A stretch of 54,061 nt of DNA from an uncultured Clostridia bacterium (GTDB taxonomy: Bacteria > Bacillota > Clostridia > Oscillospirales > Acutalibacteraceae): positions 1 to 54,061 of the forward strand of contig CAMFRO010000001.1 in NCBI GenBank assembly GCA_945982035.1. Direction: 5' to 3'. The notes under the pieces are model-generated. The model was not told where the DNA came from. It ran no database searches and saw only the letters and a program-made list of their open reading frames with translations. Positions 38,091-47,253 of the stretch are shown one piece after another. The position numbers were made by a program, and so were the translations under genes. Every line of letters starts with the position of its first letter. Positions within the stretch are counted from its first letter, which is position 1.

Positions 38091-39050
38091 TTATCGGTTT
38101 TCTTTATGTGCCTGAATTATTTTTTTAATTTTGCGCTCAGCGTCCTTAATACGCCAGCGGATAGTCTCCCTTTTGTCCGCCTTGGGACTTAAAGGGTTAT
38201 ATTTTTCAATAATTTCCTTCGTAACCTTTTCGTTCTTAGGAAAAAATCCCTTGTTTGTAATGTAGAAATTATCGCAACCGCCGGTAAAATCCTTAGGACT
38301 GCGTGATGAAAAATGAATATAGTTAAATTCCTGTGTTTTCATTTCTCCGTTTTTATTAATGAAATCACGGTAAACCTTGCCGTTTTCATAATAAAAAACC
38401 TGGTAATCGTAATTGTTGTATTTAAGCTCGTCACCGCTTAGATATATGTCGGATAATGTCATTCTGAAACGCCTTTTTGTTATGTCGGCATAATCTCTTG
38501 ACTGGTAGGTGGGTATGCCCAAAAGCTCAAATTTTTTCTGCATTCCCACAACCTCGTCAAACACGGTAATGTTTTTTGTGGTAAAAACATCCTTGTAAAA
38601 CTGACCGCCCTCTTGCATAAAGCGTCTGTTGTTGTCATCGGTGTTTTTATATATGCAAAGATGACCGAATTGATAAATTTTATCATAATCCTCTGTGGGT
38701 AAAAAGCCTTCAATATTTCCTAAAATTGCATCGGTATCAACATGGCCCCAGTATTTGTAATCCTTTATGTCCTGCTGAAAAACATAGCCGTAGGCAGGCT
38801 TGTAATCACAAAATTTATAGGGTGTGTCAAGGGTTATTTCAAAATCAAATTTGCTTTGAAACATCTCCTTGATTTCACTGAAGGATATGGGGATTACCTT
38901 AACATTTTCCGGAATGGAAAAATCCTTTGTATCACAGTCGGAATAAATCAAAAAATCTATGCCTTCGTTATTTCCTGCACTTTTAAGCCACAGGTTAAAA
39001 TAATCGGGAAACGCACCGAAATATGTGGTAATCAATACTAATTTTTTCAT
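38091..39050 (-). CDS. DUF6625-like protein (putative GT-A glycosyltransferase)
   Basis: YFGAFPDYFNLWLKS, PYKFCDYKPAYG, YWGHVDTDAILG (DxD), GHLCIYKN. Confidence 0.7.
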   Translation of the reverse strand: MKKLVLITTYFGAFPDYFNLWLKSAGNNEGIDFLIYSDCDTKDFSIPENVKVIPISFSEIKEMFQSKFDFEITLDTPYKFCDYKPAYGYVFQQDIKDYKYWGHVDTDAILGNIEGFLPTEDYDKIYQFGHLCIYKNTDDNNRRFMQEGGQFYKDVFTTKNITVFDEVVGMQKKFELLGIPTYQSRDYADITKRRFRMTLSDIYLSGDELKYNNYDYQVFYYENGKVYRDFINKNGEMKTQEFNYIHFSSRSPKDFTGGCDNFYITNKGFFPKNEKVTKEIIEKYNPLSPKADKRETIRWRIKDAERKIKKIIQAHKENR

Positions 39051-39065
39051 ACTTTTACTTCTTTG

Positions 39066-40277
39066 TTAATTTCGTTTTATAAGCTTTTTTATCCATAATG
39101 GAGTGTTGGCTTTAATTTTTGCAGTAACAACCGAAAGTCCGGCCTGTTTTTTGAAAATATTGTCAACTGCCTCATAACCGCCGGATTTGTAAGCCTCCAT
39201 AATTTCAGCTCGGTTTCCTTTTGGAACACTGGGATTTTTCAATTGAGCGTTTTCGGCTGATGCCTTATCAAATGTGCTTTTGTATAGGCTTAGACCGGGT
39301 GCGTATGTGCCGATTAGTTCTTCACCTTTTTGAGTGTTTACAAGCAGACAACTAATGCCTTTATCGGCATCAAATTCCGAATGATTGCCGTCAAAAAGCT
39401 CGGGATGCTGTTTTTTTATACCCCAGTAGTCACCGATTGTAATATCTGCAATTCGTTTTTGTGATGCGTATTTGCATTTATAGCAGCATTCTCTGTATAT
39501 ATTTCCCTGCAAAAAATATGTGTAATAGGCACTTTCGCCGTTATGGATATACTTGGTATTTCTTTTGCCGTTTTTATCGCAGACAACACGCGAAACAAAA
39601 GCGGGACCGTGTTTTTTATCACGAAAAACAAAATCTGTGACTTTTCCGTATTTTTCTGAAATTAAGTCAATGTAATCGCCGAACATTTTTTCACCCGGCA
39701 CACCGTGGCATATCAGTTCAATAGTGTATAAATTTTCATATTCTTTTCCTAAAAAAGAATACAGCGAAGCTACCTGGCAGGGTGTGCCTGAGAAAAGCAT
39801 TTTTTTCTTACCTTCAAGGATGTTTTTTACTTCGTTGAAAATATGTAATGTATCGCTGTGAACATATTTAGAGCCCAATAGCTTATTAATGCTTTGAGTA
39901 GAATTTACCGAAATGTGATGCACGGTAATTTTACCGTCAATATTTTCAAGTGCAGAGCCTGCAGCCGTGTTTTCACCGTTTTGCATAAATTCGTTTGCAA
40001 TTGATGCAAACACACCGCCGGAGGCAGAATCCATAATGTTTGTACTTGTTGATACTGCAGCATATATCGAAATCGGTGAATGAAAATCGTTTTCACTTTG
40101 AAAAGCACATACGCTTTTGCATTTTTTGCAGTGTATGCACAAATCTTCATTTATAACAGGATATTTAAAGCCGTATTCGTCATATTCCATTGTTATTGCT
40201 TTTTTAGGGCAGATGCCGGCGCAGGCACCGCAGCCACAGCAATTTTCTTTTTTATCAAATAACATGGGTACAGTCAT
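39066..40277 (-). CDS. 4Fe-4S ferredoxin + FrhB/FdhB-like protein (second paralogue)
   Basis: CCGCGACAGICP, CIHCKKCKSVC, SASGG, GSKYVHS, GTPCQ, CHGVP, RECCYKC, GDYWG; start 40277 or 40298. Confidence 0.85.
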   Translation of the reverse strand: MTVPMLFDKKENCCGCGACAGICPKKAITMEYDEYGFKYPVINEDLCIHCKKCKSVCAFQSENDFHSPISIYAAVSTSTNIMDSASGGVFASIANEFMQNGENTAAGSALENIDGKITVHHISVNSTQSINKLLGSKYVHSDTLHIFNEVKNILEGKKKMLFSGTPCQVASLYSFLGKEYENLYTIELICHGVPGEKMFGDYIDLISEKYGKVTDFVFRDKKHGPAFVSRVVCDKNGKRNTKYIHNGESAYYTYFLQGNIYRECCYKCKYASQKRIADITIGDYWGIKKQHPELFDGNHSEFDADKGISCLLVNTQKGEELIGTYAPGLSLYKSTFDKASAENAQLKNPSVPKGNRAEIMEAYKSGGYEAVDNIFKKQAGLSVVTAKIKANTPLWIKKLIKRN

Positions 40278-40287
40278 TATATCACCG

Positions 40288-41406
40288 TTAATCGTCAAGT
40301 ATTTGTTTTAACAGTTTTATAGATTCTTCACGTTGCCGGGCAATTATTTCGTTTGCATAGGTAAAATCAACGTTTTTGTTTATAAAACTGTAATCATTAT
40401 AATCATTGAGTATTTGACCTGTAAGTCCCGTAAGTTCAAGAATACTTTGATTTCTTGTTTTCGTCTCCCCGGGAAGAATATCAATAAAAGGAGTGTTAAA
40501 ATTTATTGCAAAAGCCGTTGCGTGAAATGAATCGGTAATTACGTATTTTGCATTTTTTACGTAAGATAAAAAATCACTTATATCGGGAAGATATACAGCC
40601 TTGCCGGATTTGAATACTCTGTGAAACAGGGGAGTAAGACGCAAAAGCTTCATATTCGCTTTTTTTGCAAATTTTTTTGCATAGTTGTCCATTTCGGGAT
40701 TGCTGTGAAGCTGATATAAAAGTATATATTCCCCGAGGATTTCTTTTTTTATAAGCTCGCTCCATTGACTTTTATTAAGCAAAAGTGTTGGGTCAAGCAC
40801 CTGGGATACGCCGTTTATTCCCAAACGGTTTACCATTTTAACAGCGCTGCTTTCACGAACGGTAATGTAATCGTAATCATCAAGCCATTCTTTTATCCTG
40901 TTTAAATTGCCTGCGTTAATGTCGGTTTTTCCAAAGCTGGCGGCATAGGCTATTTTCTTCTTACCTTTCGGTGCGAATTCTAAAAAATACGCTCCGTCGT
41001 TTTCGTTGTTTCCTATTGCTCCCCAAACCTGGTCGGAGCCTGTGCAGTATATGTCTGCATCGGGGGGATTGCTTTTTAATTCTGCCAACGAAGAATATCT
41101 TAACTCAGTTGTCTGTATTAAATCATTTCTGTATTTTTCAAATGCCCTACCCATACGTATGTGCTCAGGAGCCTGTATTGCCTTGTATATTAAACGGGAA
41201 ACGGGATTTTTATTCCATGATGATTTTTTGACTAATGTATCGGCAATGTTTTTATATTGTTCATCTTCTCTTATATAATCAATTATTTCACATTCATATC
41301 CAAGTGAGCATATTGCTTTTTGCAGGGCATAGCTTTGCAGCACGGAGCCGTAATTTGACACGGCGTGGCGTGTTATTACAGCCGCTTTTTTGTTGTTACT
41401 TGTCAT
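40288..41406 (-). CDS. Polysaccharide pyruvyl transferase family protein (second paralogue)
   Basis: NYGSVLQSYAL, GSDQVW, YAASFG, TVRE, DPTLLL, DSFHATAF. Confidence 0.87.
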   Translation of the reverse strand: MTSNNKKAAVITRHAVSNYGSVLQSYALQKAICSLGYECEIIDYIREDEQYKNIADTLVKKSSWNKNPVSRLIYKAIQAPEHIRMGRAFEKYRNDLIQTTELRYSSLAELKSNPPDADIYCTGSDQVWGAIGNNENDGAYFLEFAPKGKKKIAYAASFGKTDINAGNLNRIKEWLDDYDYITVRESSAVKMVNRLGINGVSQVLDPTLLLNKSQWSELIKKEILGEYILLYQLHSNPEMDNYAKKFAKKANMKLLRLTPLFHRVFKSGKAVYLPDISDFLSYVKNAKYVITDSFHATAFAINFNTPFIDILPGETKTRNQSILELTGLTGQILNDYNDYSFINKNVDFTYANEIIARQREESIKLLKQILDD

Positions 41407-41442
41407 AAAGCAGTTTACTCCTTGGTTTGTGAAAAGTTGTGA

Positions 41443-42618
41443 TTAATTGCTATTTAACTGGGCGGCAATATCGGCGTCAACTATTGCTTCTCCTGTTGTG
41501 CCAACCAACGCCTGTTTTGATGTTTCACTGAGTCCGTCGTTTATAACGGCGTTCATATCGCATGTTGAAAGCCTGTCAAGCTCTTCCTTAGTAACCTTGC
41601 CGTCTCTGTAATCACGGCAGATTTTATTTTCGTACATAGAATATTTTTTATCCTTAAAGAATCTAAGAAATTTATGCTTGATAACCCATGCGGCAGGCAC
41701 CCAGATATACTTGTGCATAGCAGGGGATACGGAGCCTATCATCCAGCATTGACGATCGCAGTTACGCACCTTTTGACGTACCCTGTCCGCCTGCTGACTG
41801 TTCCACAGCTCATCCCAGCTTTGCTCATTAAGATTGCCCATAACCTCTTTTTCCTTTGTGCCGTTACAGGGCATAACGTCGCCGTAGGGGTCAATGAAAA
41901 ATGTGTCAAACGCCATATCGCAGGGCAAAAGACGTTTTTGTCCGTAAATGTAGTTGATTAAGCCGTGGTTGAAATATGCTCTAAACCATTTTTTAGGAGA
42001 ATTTGATTTAAGCAGCTCATTGACAAGGTCCTCAAAATTTTGTGCAACCATCGGTCTGTCCTTAATGATATTTTTAGCCTCCACAAAATAAAAAGAATTG
42101 TGCAGTGATGCGGTGGCAAATTCCATATTCATCTCGTCGGACAGCTTGTACAGTGCTACCAAGTCTTTTGCGTTGGCATCCTGTACGGTCATACCGAATC
42201 CCACATCGGGATGGTTCATCTCAACAAGCTTTTTTAGGGTTGTATAACCCTTGTTAAAGCCGTCGTCAAGTCCTCGTATGGAATTATTCGTCTCTTCAAG
42301 TCCCTCAATGGAAATTCTTATTCCAACCTGAGGAAATTCCTTGCACAAATCTATAATCCTGTCGGTGAAAAATCCGTTTGTGGAAATTACAATTCGGTCG
42401 CTTTTTTTGTAAAGCTCTCTTACTATATCCTTCAAATCGGTACGTATAAAGGGCTCGCCGCCGGTGATATTTGTAAAATACATATCCGGCAGCTTGCGAA
42501 TTGCATCAATAGAAAGCTCCTCTTCCGGTGCCGAAGGGCATTTGTATCTGTTGCACATAGTACAGCGTGCATTGCATCTGTATGTAACGATTACCGTTCC
42601 GTTTAATTTCTTAGCCAT
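41443..42618 (-). CDS. Radical SAM protein with SPASM/twitch domain
   Basis: CNARCTMC (CxxxCxxC), ITGGEP, STNG; C-terminal PCDM...IDPYGDVMPC...CDRQC. Confidence 0.92.
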   Translation of the reverse strand: MAKKLNGTVIVTYRCNARCTMCNRYKCPSAPEEELSIDAIRKLPDMYFTNITGGEPFIRTDLKDIVRELYKKSDRIVISTNGFFTDRIIDLCKEFPQVGIRISIEGLEETNNSIRGLDDGFNKGYTTLKKLVEMNHPDVGFGMTVQDANAKDLVALYKLSDEMNMEFATASLHNSFYFVEAKNIIKDRPMVAQNFEDLVNELLKSNSPKKWFRAYFNHGLINYIYGQKRLLPCDMAFDTFFIDPYGDVMPCNGTKEKEVMGNLNEQSWDELWNSQQADRVRQKVRNCDRQCWMIGSVSPAMHKYIWVPAAWVIKHKFLRFFKDKKYSMYENKICRDYRDGKVTKEELDRLSTCDMNAVINDGLSETSKQALVGTTGEAIVDADIAAQLNSN

Positions 42619-42620
42619 TT

Positions 42621-43811
42621 TTATTCACCGTAAATTTTTAGTAATTTTTCACAGTATTCTTCTACCGTGTCAAAGTGTGCGTTAAGACAGCTTTTGCTCA
42701 TTTGCCGTGCTTTTTCATCGTTTTCGGTTATGCTTTTAACCGCTTTTTCCAAAGCTTCTGAGTTTGAGCTTTCAAAAAGCACTCCTGTCACACCGTCGTC
42801 AATCAGCTCCGGTATTCCGCCTATGTTCGCACCCACAACCGGTGTGCCGTACATAATGCTTTCCATTACCGAGAAGGGACAGTTTTCGTACCAGGTGCTG
42901 GGGTAAACGGAGCATTTTGCCTTTCTGATTAAATCCTCAAGCTCACTTCCTGTTTTAAATCCCAGGTTTTTGATGTGAGGCTGAGCGTTAATCTGCGCCT
43001 CCATATCTCCCGAGCCGGCGCAAACAAAGTTTACCCCTTTAGTGTCTATTATGGTTTCAATGCCTTTTTCCTCGGCATATCTGCCGAAGTATAAAACATA
43101 ATCCTCTTTTTCAACTTCCTTTTTGTCAACAGTATCAATAAAATTATGCATTGCAACGGTTTTTTTCGCAAATAGGGGATTGGTGTCCATTTTGCTTTTC
43201 ATAAATTCGCTGCAACAGATAATTTTATCAATGTGTTTGTAGGTTTTAAGTGCGTTGTATATAGTAGCCTCAGCAGTTCCGATAAGACTCTTTGCCTTGC
43301 TTGAATGGATGCATCCGCCCTTGGCACAGTTAATAAATTTTCCGCCGATGCATTTTTCACAGTTTTCGCCGGTAATAGGATTTTTCATCTTGTGATTGGG
43401 GCAAATAAGTTGATAATCGTGGGCGGTAAAAATCAGCTTAACCTTTTTGCCGGCACGCTTTTTGTAATCGTTTATAGCATAAATAATACTTGGCGTCAGC
43501 TGATAATTAAAATTGTTGAGATGTATTACATCGGGCTGAAAATCATCAAGCACTATTGATATTTTTTTCTTTGCCTCTGCGGAATATATAGTCTTGAATG
43601 GATAAGCAATCTTTCTTAGCTTGCTTCCACCGTGGAAATCCATATCCGTGGTGTATTGCTCTGCGTTGTTTGACACGCATCTGCCCTCGTGTTCCATTCC
43701 GAAATACTGTACCTCGTGACCGATGGATTTTAAATAATCTCCCAGCTTGAATATGTATGTTTCCGACCCGCCGTTAGGGTAGAGAAACTTGTTAACCATT
43801 AGGATTTTCAA
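42621..43811 (-). CDS. Glycosyltransferase family 4
   Basis: GGSETY, TAHDYQLICP, GRYAEEKG, WYENCPFSVMES; likely TTG start at 43811. Confidence 0.9.
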   Translation of the reverse strand: MKILMVNKFLYPNGGSETYIFKLGDYLKSIGHEVQYFGMEHEGRCVSNNAEQYTTDMDFHGGSKLRKIAYPFKTIYSAEAKKKISIVLDDFQPDVIHLNNFNYQLTPSIIYAINDYKKRAGKKVKLIFTAHDYQLICPNHKMKNPITGENCEKCIGGKFINCAKGGCIHSSKAKSLIGTAEATIYNALKTYKHIDKIICCSEFMKSKMDTNPLFAKKTVAMHNFIDTVDKKEVEKEDYVLYFGRYAEEKGIETIIDTKGVNFVCAGSGDMEAQINAQPHIKNLGFKTGSELEDLIRKAKCSVYPSTWYENCPFSVMESIMYGTPVVGANIGGIPELIDDGVTGVLFESSNSEALEKAVKSITENDEKARQMSKSCLNAHFDTVEEYCEKLLKIYGE

Positions 43812-43815
43812 TTTT

Positions 43816-44943
43816 TCAGCCCTCTGTTTTCTCATATAATTTCAATGTTTGCTCGGTTACGTCCTGCCAGTTGTATTTACTGCATACATAATCAGCCGCT
43901 GTGCTTTTATATTTTTGTACCTCTTGGGGATTTTTCAGCAGAAAATAAAGCTTTTTGTGTAAATCATCAACATCTCCTGCTTTAAAGCTTACTGCACTGT
44001 CACCGCAGACCTCTGTACATTCCGCAATATCGGAGGTTAAACAGCAGTTGGAATAGCTCATAGCCTCCAGCAGACTGATGGGCATACCCTCTAAGTCGCT
44101 GGGCAGACAGTATATATAAGCGTTGGAATAAAGCTCCTCCAGCTCCTGCCCTTGAACAAATCCTGTAAAAATAATTCTGTTGTCATTTTCGGCAAGCTTG
44201 TTCACCTCTTCCACATACTCGTCGGAATGGCTTGTGCTTCCTGCTATAACAAGCTTTTTGTCTGTGTCGGTTTTCATAAATGCATCAATTAGATAATGCA
44301 GTCCTTTTTCAGGAACGATACGTCCCAAAAACAGAATGTAGCCGTCCTTTTCAAGAGAATACCTTTCTTTTATTAGGGAATTCCCCTTGATTTCAGGCAT
44401 TTCAATACCGTTTGGGATAAATACGGTTTCTCTGCCGTATGTGTTTTTAAAATAGTCCTGTACGTTTTTTGAGAGGACTATTACCTCGTCAGCGTATTTT
44501 GCTGCGGTTTTTTCACCGAATTTTAAAAATTTAGTGGCAAAGCCGCCCCATTTAGCCCTCTGCCAGTCAAGTCCGTGTATTGTTACAATACATCTTTTGC
44601 CGAAAAGCTTTGCCAACGGCACCATTGCCGACGGGCCCTCTGCGTGAAAATGAATTACGTCGTAGCCTTTAAGTACTGCTCTCAATGTTGCAAATGCACT
44701 GTAAACTATGGCGTTTAGCTTTGACGAATTAGGTGTTGGCACCCATACAAGCTTTACACCATTGTATTCCTTTTGATGTTTACCGTTGTCAAACTCCTTG
44801 CCTGCAACGTGTCGGCTTTTTCTGTTGTAGGCGGTTACGCTGTGACCTCTTTTTACCATTTCTTCGCACAGCTTTCCCACAACGATTTCAATTCCACCCT
44901 CACGTGACGGTATTCTTTTGTGGCCTATCATAGCAATTTTCAT
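43816..44943 (-). CDS. Glycosyltransferase family 4
   Basis: IPSREGGIE, TIHGLDWQRAKW, GRIVPEKG, EGMPISLLEAM. Confidence 0.9.
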   Translation of the reverse strand: MKIAMIGHKRIPSREGGIEIVVGKLCEEMVKRGHSVTAYNRKSRHVAGKEFDNGKHQKEYNGVKLVWVPTPNSSKLNAIVYSAFATLRAVLKGYDVIHFHAEGPSAMVPLAKLFGKRCIVTIHGLDWQRAKWGGFATKFLKFGEKTAAKYADEVIVLSKNVQDYFKNTYGRETVFIPNGIEMPEIKGNSLIKERYSLEKDGYILFLGRIVPEKGLHYLIDAFMKTDTDKKLVIAGSTSHSDEYVEEVNKLAENDNRIIFTGFVQGQELEELYSNAYIYCLPSDLEGMPISLLEAMSYSNCCLTSDIAECTEVCGDSAVSFKAGDVDDLHKKLYFLLKNPQEVQKYKSTAADYVCSKYNWQDVTEQTLKLYEKTEG

Positions 44944-44947
44944 AGCG

Positions 44948-46456
44948 TTACTCCGCGCCTTCGTGCTTTAATACAACCTTAACGGTTTTCAAAAATAGCT
45001 TTATATCAAGAGCAATACTCCAGTTATCTATGTACTGGCAGTCAAGCTTAACTACTTCTTCAAAATCCTGTATGTTTGATCTGCCGCTAACCTGCCACAT
45101 TCCGGTAATTCCGGGACGCATTGACAGTCTTCTTTTGTGACGGCTTTCATACTTTTCAAATTCATCAACTGTCGGAGGTCTTGTTCCCACAATACTCATA
45201 TCGCCTTTAACTACGTTGAAAAACTGAGGCAGTTCGTCAATACTATATTTACGTATAAATCTGCCAACCTTCGTAATTCGCGGGTCGTTGTCCATTTTGA
45301 ACATAAGACCTTCCATTTTGTTTTGCTCCATCAGTTCTTTTTTCATTTCGTCAGCGTTGGGGTACATAGAGCGCAGTTTGTAAATATTAAACAAACGTCC
45401 GTTTTTTCCCACTCTTTGCTGCTTAAAAAACAGGGAACCCGGCGACTCAATCAAGAGAGGTATGGCTGTAATCAGAATAATCGGAATTGATGCAATACAT
45501 CCGAAAAGTCCTATGACTATATCAACAAAACGCTTTACCGCCAGTAATGTGCTGTTGTGAACGGCGGCGGCAAAGGTCGCTGTAGGATGACCGGCGTACA
45601 TTTTGCAGTTTATGTTGTTGAAGTTACTGTCATCAACAATTTTTTCAAGGGCAGGAACATTGATGTGTACAGTTATTCCCATACTCTCAAGCTCCTCAAT
45701 CATATCGTGTACACCACTGCCATCCTTATAAGGAACGTTTATGTAAACCTCGTCAAGAGGTGCGCTTCTGATCCAATTAAGGTAATTATCTCCTGTGGCA
45801 ACCACCGGCACATCCAGTACAGAGTCGGGGCGCTTTACTGCCGTTGCCGTTGATACACCGGTTTTTGAGGCGTTTTCCTCACACTCGGCAAAATGATCAT
45901 AAAATACTCCGTCTCTGCATAAATCATCAACAAGAGCAATTCCGGATACTCTGATTGTCCAGTCGTCTAACAGTACCTCAATCATTTCCTCTGCCATATC
46001 TGAAACAGTGATTACACCTGCTATAGAGGCATAGGCACTTCGTGTAAAGCGTCCTGTAAGGGCTCGTTTTAGGAAATATCTGTTTATCATTGAAAAAGCG
46101 ATAAACATAATAAAGCTGGAAAGATAGAGCCAGCGGGATTCGGTAATAGAGTTTTTAGCAATTATGTTAAAGGCGGCAAACGTCAGATAAATTATTGTTG
46201 CGTTAACTATGCTATTGCTGATTTCACGCAGTCGGTTTCTCTTTTTTAAATCAAGAGGCTTGTGGTAGCCGAGAAAAGCGAATACATAAGACAAGGCCAT
46301 TGTTGTACAGTACATTAGCCAATCGTGAGCGCTGTAATCAAGAATTCTTACAAAAAGAAAACGAAAAATAAATATTGATAGTCCGGTTGCCGCTGCAAGA
46401 GAAATTCCGTCCAGAAAAAATTCAAACCAAAACTGAGTTTTAGTAAGTCTATTCAT
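44948..46456 (-). CDS. Priming polyprenyl-phosphate glycosyl-1-phosphate transferase (CpsE/WcaJ-like)
   Basis: Four N-terminal TMs; KRFVD, KLRSM, DPRITKVGRFIRKYSIDELPQ, GDMSIVGTRP, PGITGMWQVSGR. Confidence 0.93.
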   Translation of the reverse strand: MNRLTKTQFWFEFFLDGISLAAATGLSIFIFRFLFVRILDYSAHDWLMYCTTMALSYVFAFLGYHKPLDLKKRNRLREISNSIVNATIIYLTFAAFNIIAKNSITESRWLYLSSFIMFIAFSMINRYFLKRALTGRFTRSAYASIAGVITVSDMAEEMIEVLLDDWTIRVSGIALVDDLCRDGVFYDHFAECEENASKTGVSTATAVKRPDSVLDVPVVATGDNYLNWIRSAPLDEVYINVPYKDGSGVHDMIEELESMGITVHINVPALEKIVDDSNFNNINCKMYAGHPTATFAAAVHNSTLLAVKRFVDIVIGLFGCIASIPIILITAIPLLIESPGSLFFKQQRVGKNGRLFNIYKLRSMYPNADEMKKELMEQNKMEGLMFKMDNDPRITKVGRFIRKYSIDELPQFFNVVKGDMSIVGTRPPTVDEFEKYESRHKRRLSMRPGITGMWQVSGRSNIQDFEEVVKLDCQYIDNWSIALDIKLFLKTVKVVLKHEGAE

Positions 46457-46494
46457 ATATTATCATACCTTATCAAAAAAAGTTTTGCAGTAGC

Positions 46495-47253
46495 TTATCT
46501 GTAATTATAACTGTACTTATAGTTGTAGTTGTAATTGTATCGTCTGTAATATGAATAATATTTCTTCTTTTCACTGTTAACGTCGTTAAGCACAAAGCCG
46601 AGAATATTTGCACCGATATGCTGCAAACTGTTAACCGTTGTCTTAACGTCAATGGTGTTTGTCGTATCTGTTTTGATTACAAGAACATATCCTGTGGATT
46701 TCTGTGCAAAAACAGTAGAGTCCGTAACAATATTTACCGGCGGTGTGTCAATAAATACGCAGTCATAATGCTCTTTAACAAAATCCAGCAGCTTATCCAT
46801 TCTGTCAGAGGCAAGAAGCTCCGCCGGGTTTGGCGGAATTTTACCTGCCGTAAGTACGGATAAATTATCAATATTTGTTTTTGATACTGCAATGTTATCT
46901 GTAAGACCTGCAAGAATTTCGGACAAGCCGTTCTTTACGGGGATAGAAAACATACGGTGGATGGTGGGATTTCTCATATCCGAGTCAATAAGCAGCGTTC
47001 TTTTACCCATCTGTGCAAAGCTTATTGCAAGATTAATTGAGTTAATTGTTTTACCGTTGTTTGCCGTCGGGCTTGTAACAACGAATACGGGGCATTTTTC
47101 ACCCTGCTGAGTAAACATAAGATTTGTTCTTATGGCGTTATACGCTTCTTTAACGGCAAACGAAGATTCTGCACAAAGAATTTTTTTGGGGTCGTTCTGG
47201 CTAAAGGTCTTTCTCTCTAAATCTTTTCTCTCTTTTTTATTTTTCCTATTCAT
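46495..47253 (-). CDS. cpsD: Bacterial tyrosine kinase (CpsD/CapB)
   Basis: EAYNAIRTNL, GKT, LLIDSDMRNP, PPNPAELL, IDTPP; C-terminal Tyr cluster. Confidence 0.9.
   Translation of the reverse strand: MNRKNKKERKDLERKTFSQNDPKKILCAESSFAVKEAYNAIRTNLMFTQQGEKCPVFVVTSPTANNGKTINSINLAISFAQMGKRTLLIDSDMRNPTIHRMFSIPVKNGLSEILAGLTDNIAVSKTNIDNLSVLTAGKIPPNPAELLASDRMDKLLDFVKEHYDCVFIDTPPVNIVTDSTVFAQKSTGYVLVIKTDTTNTIDVKTTVNSLQHIGANILGFVLNDVNSEKKKYYSYYRRYNYNYNYKYSYNYR

Noticed and set aside
34770-40298. FrhB-like genes as evidence of F420 metabolism or archaeal transfer
   Set aside because: No hydrogenase subunits or F420 biosynthesis genes in the window; this subfamily sits in bacterial polysaccharide loci
46498-46560. 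Low-complexity TAGTTG/TAATTG repeats
   Set aside because: Encode the Tyr-Asn-rich kinase tail
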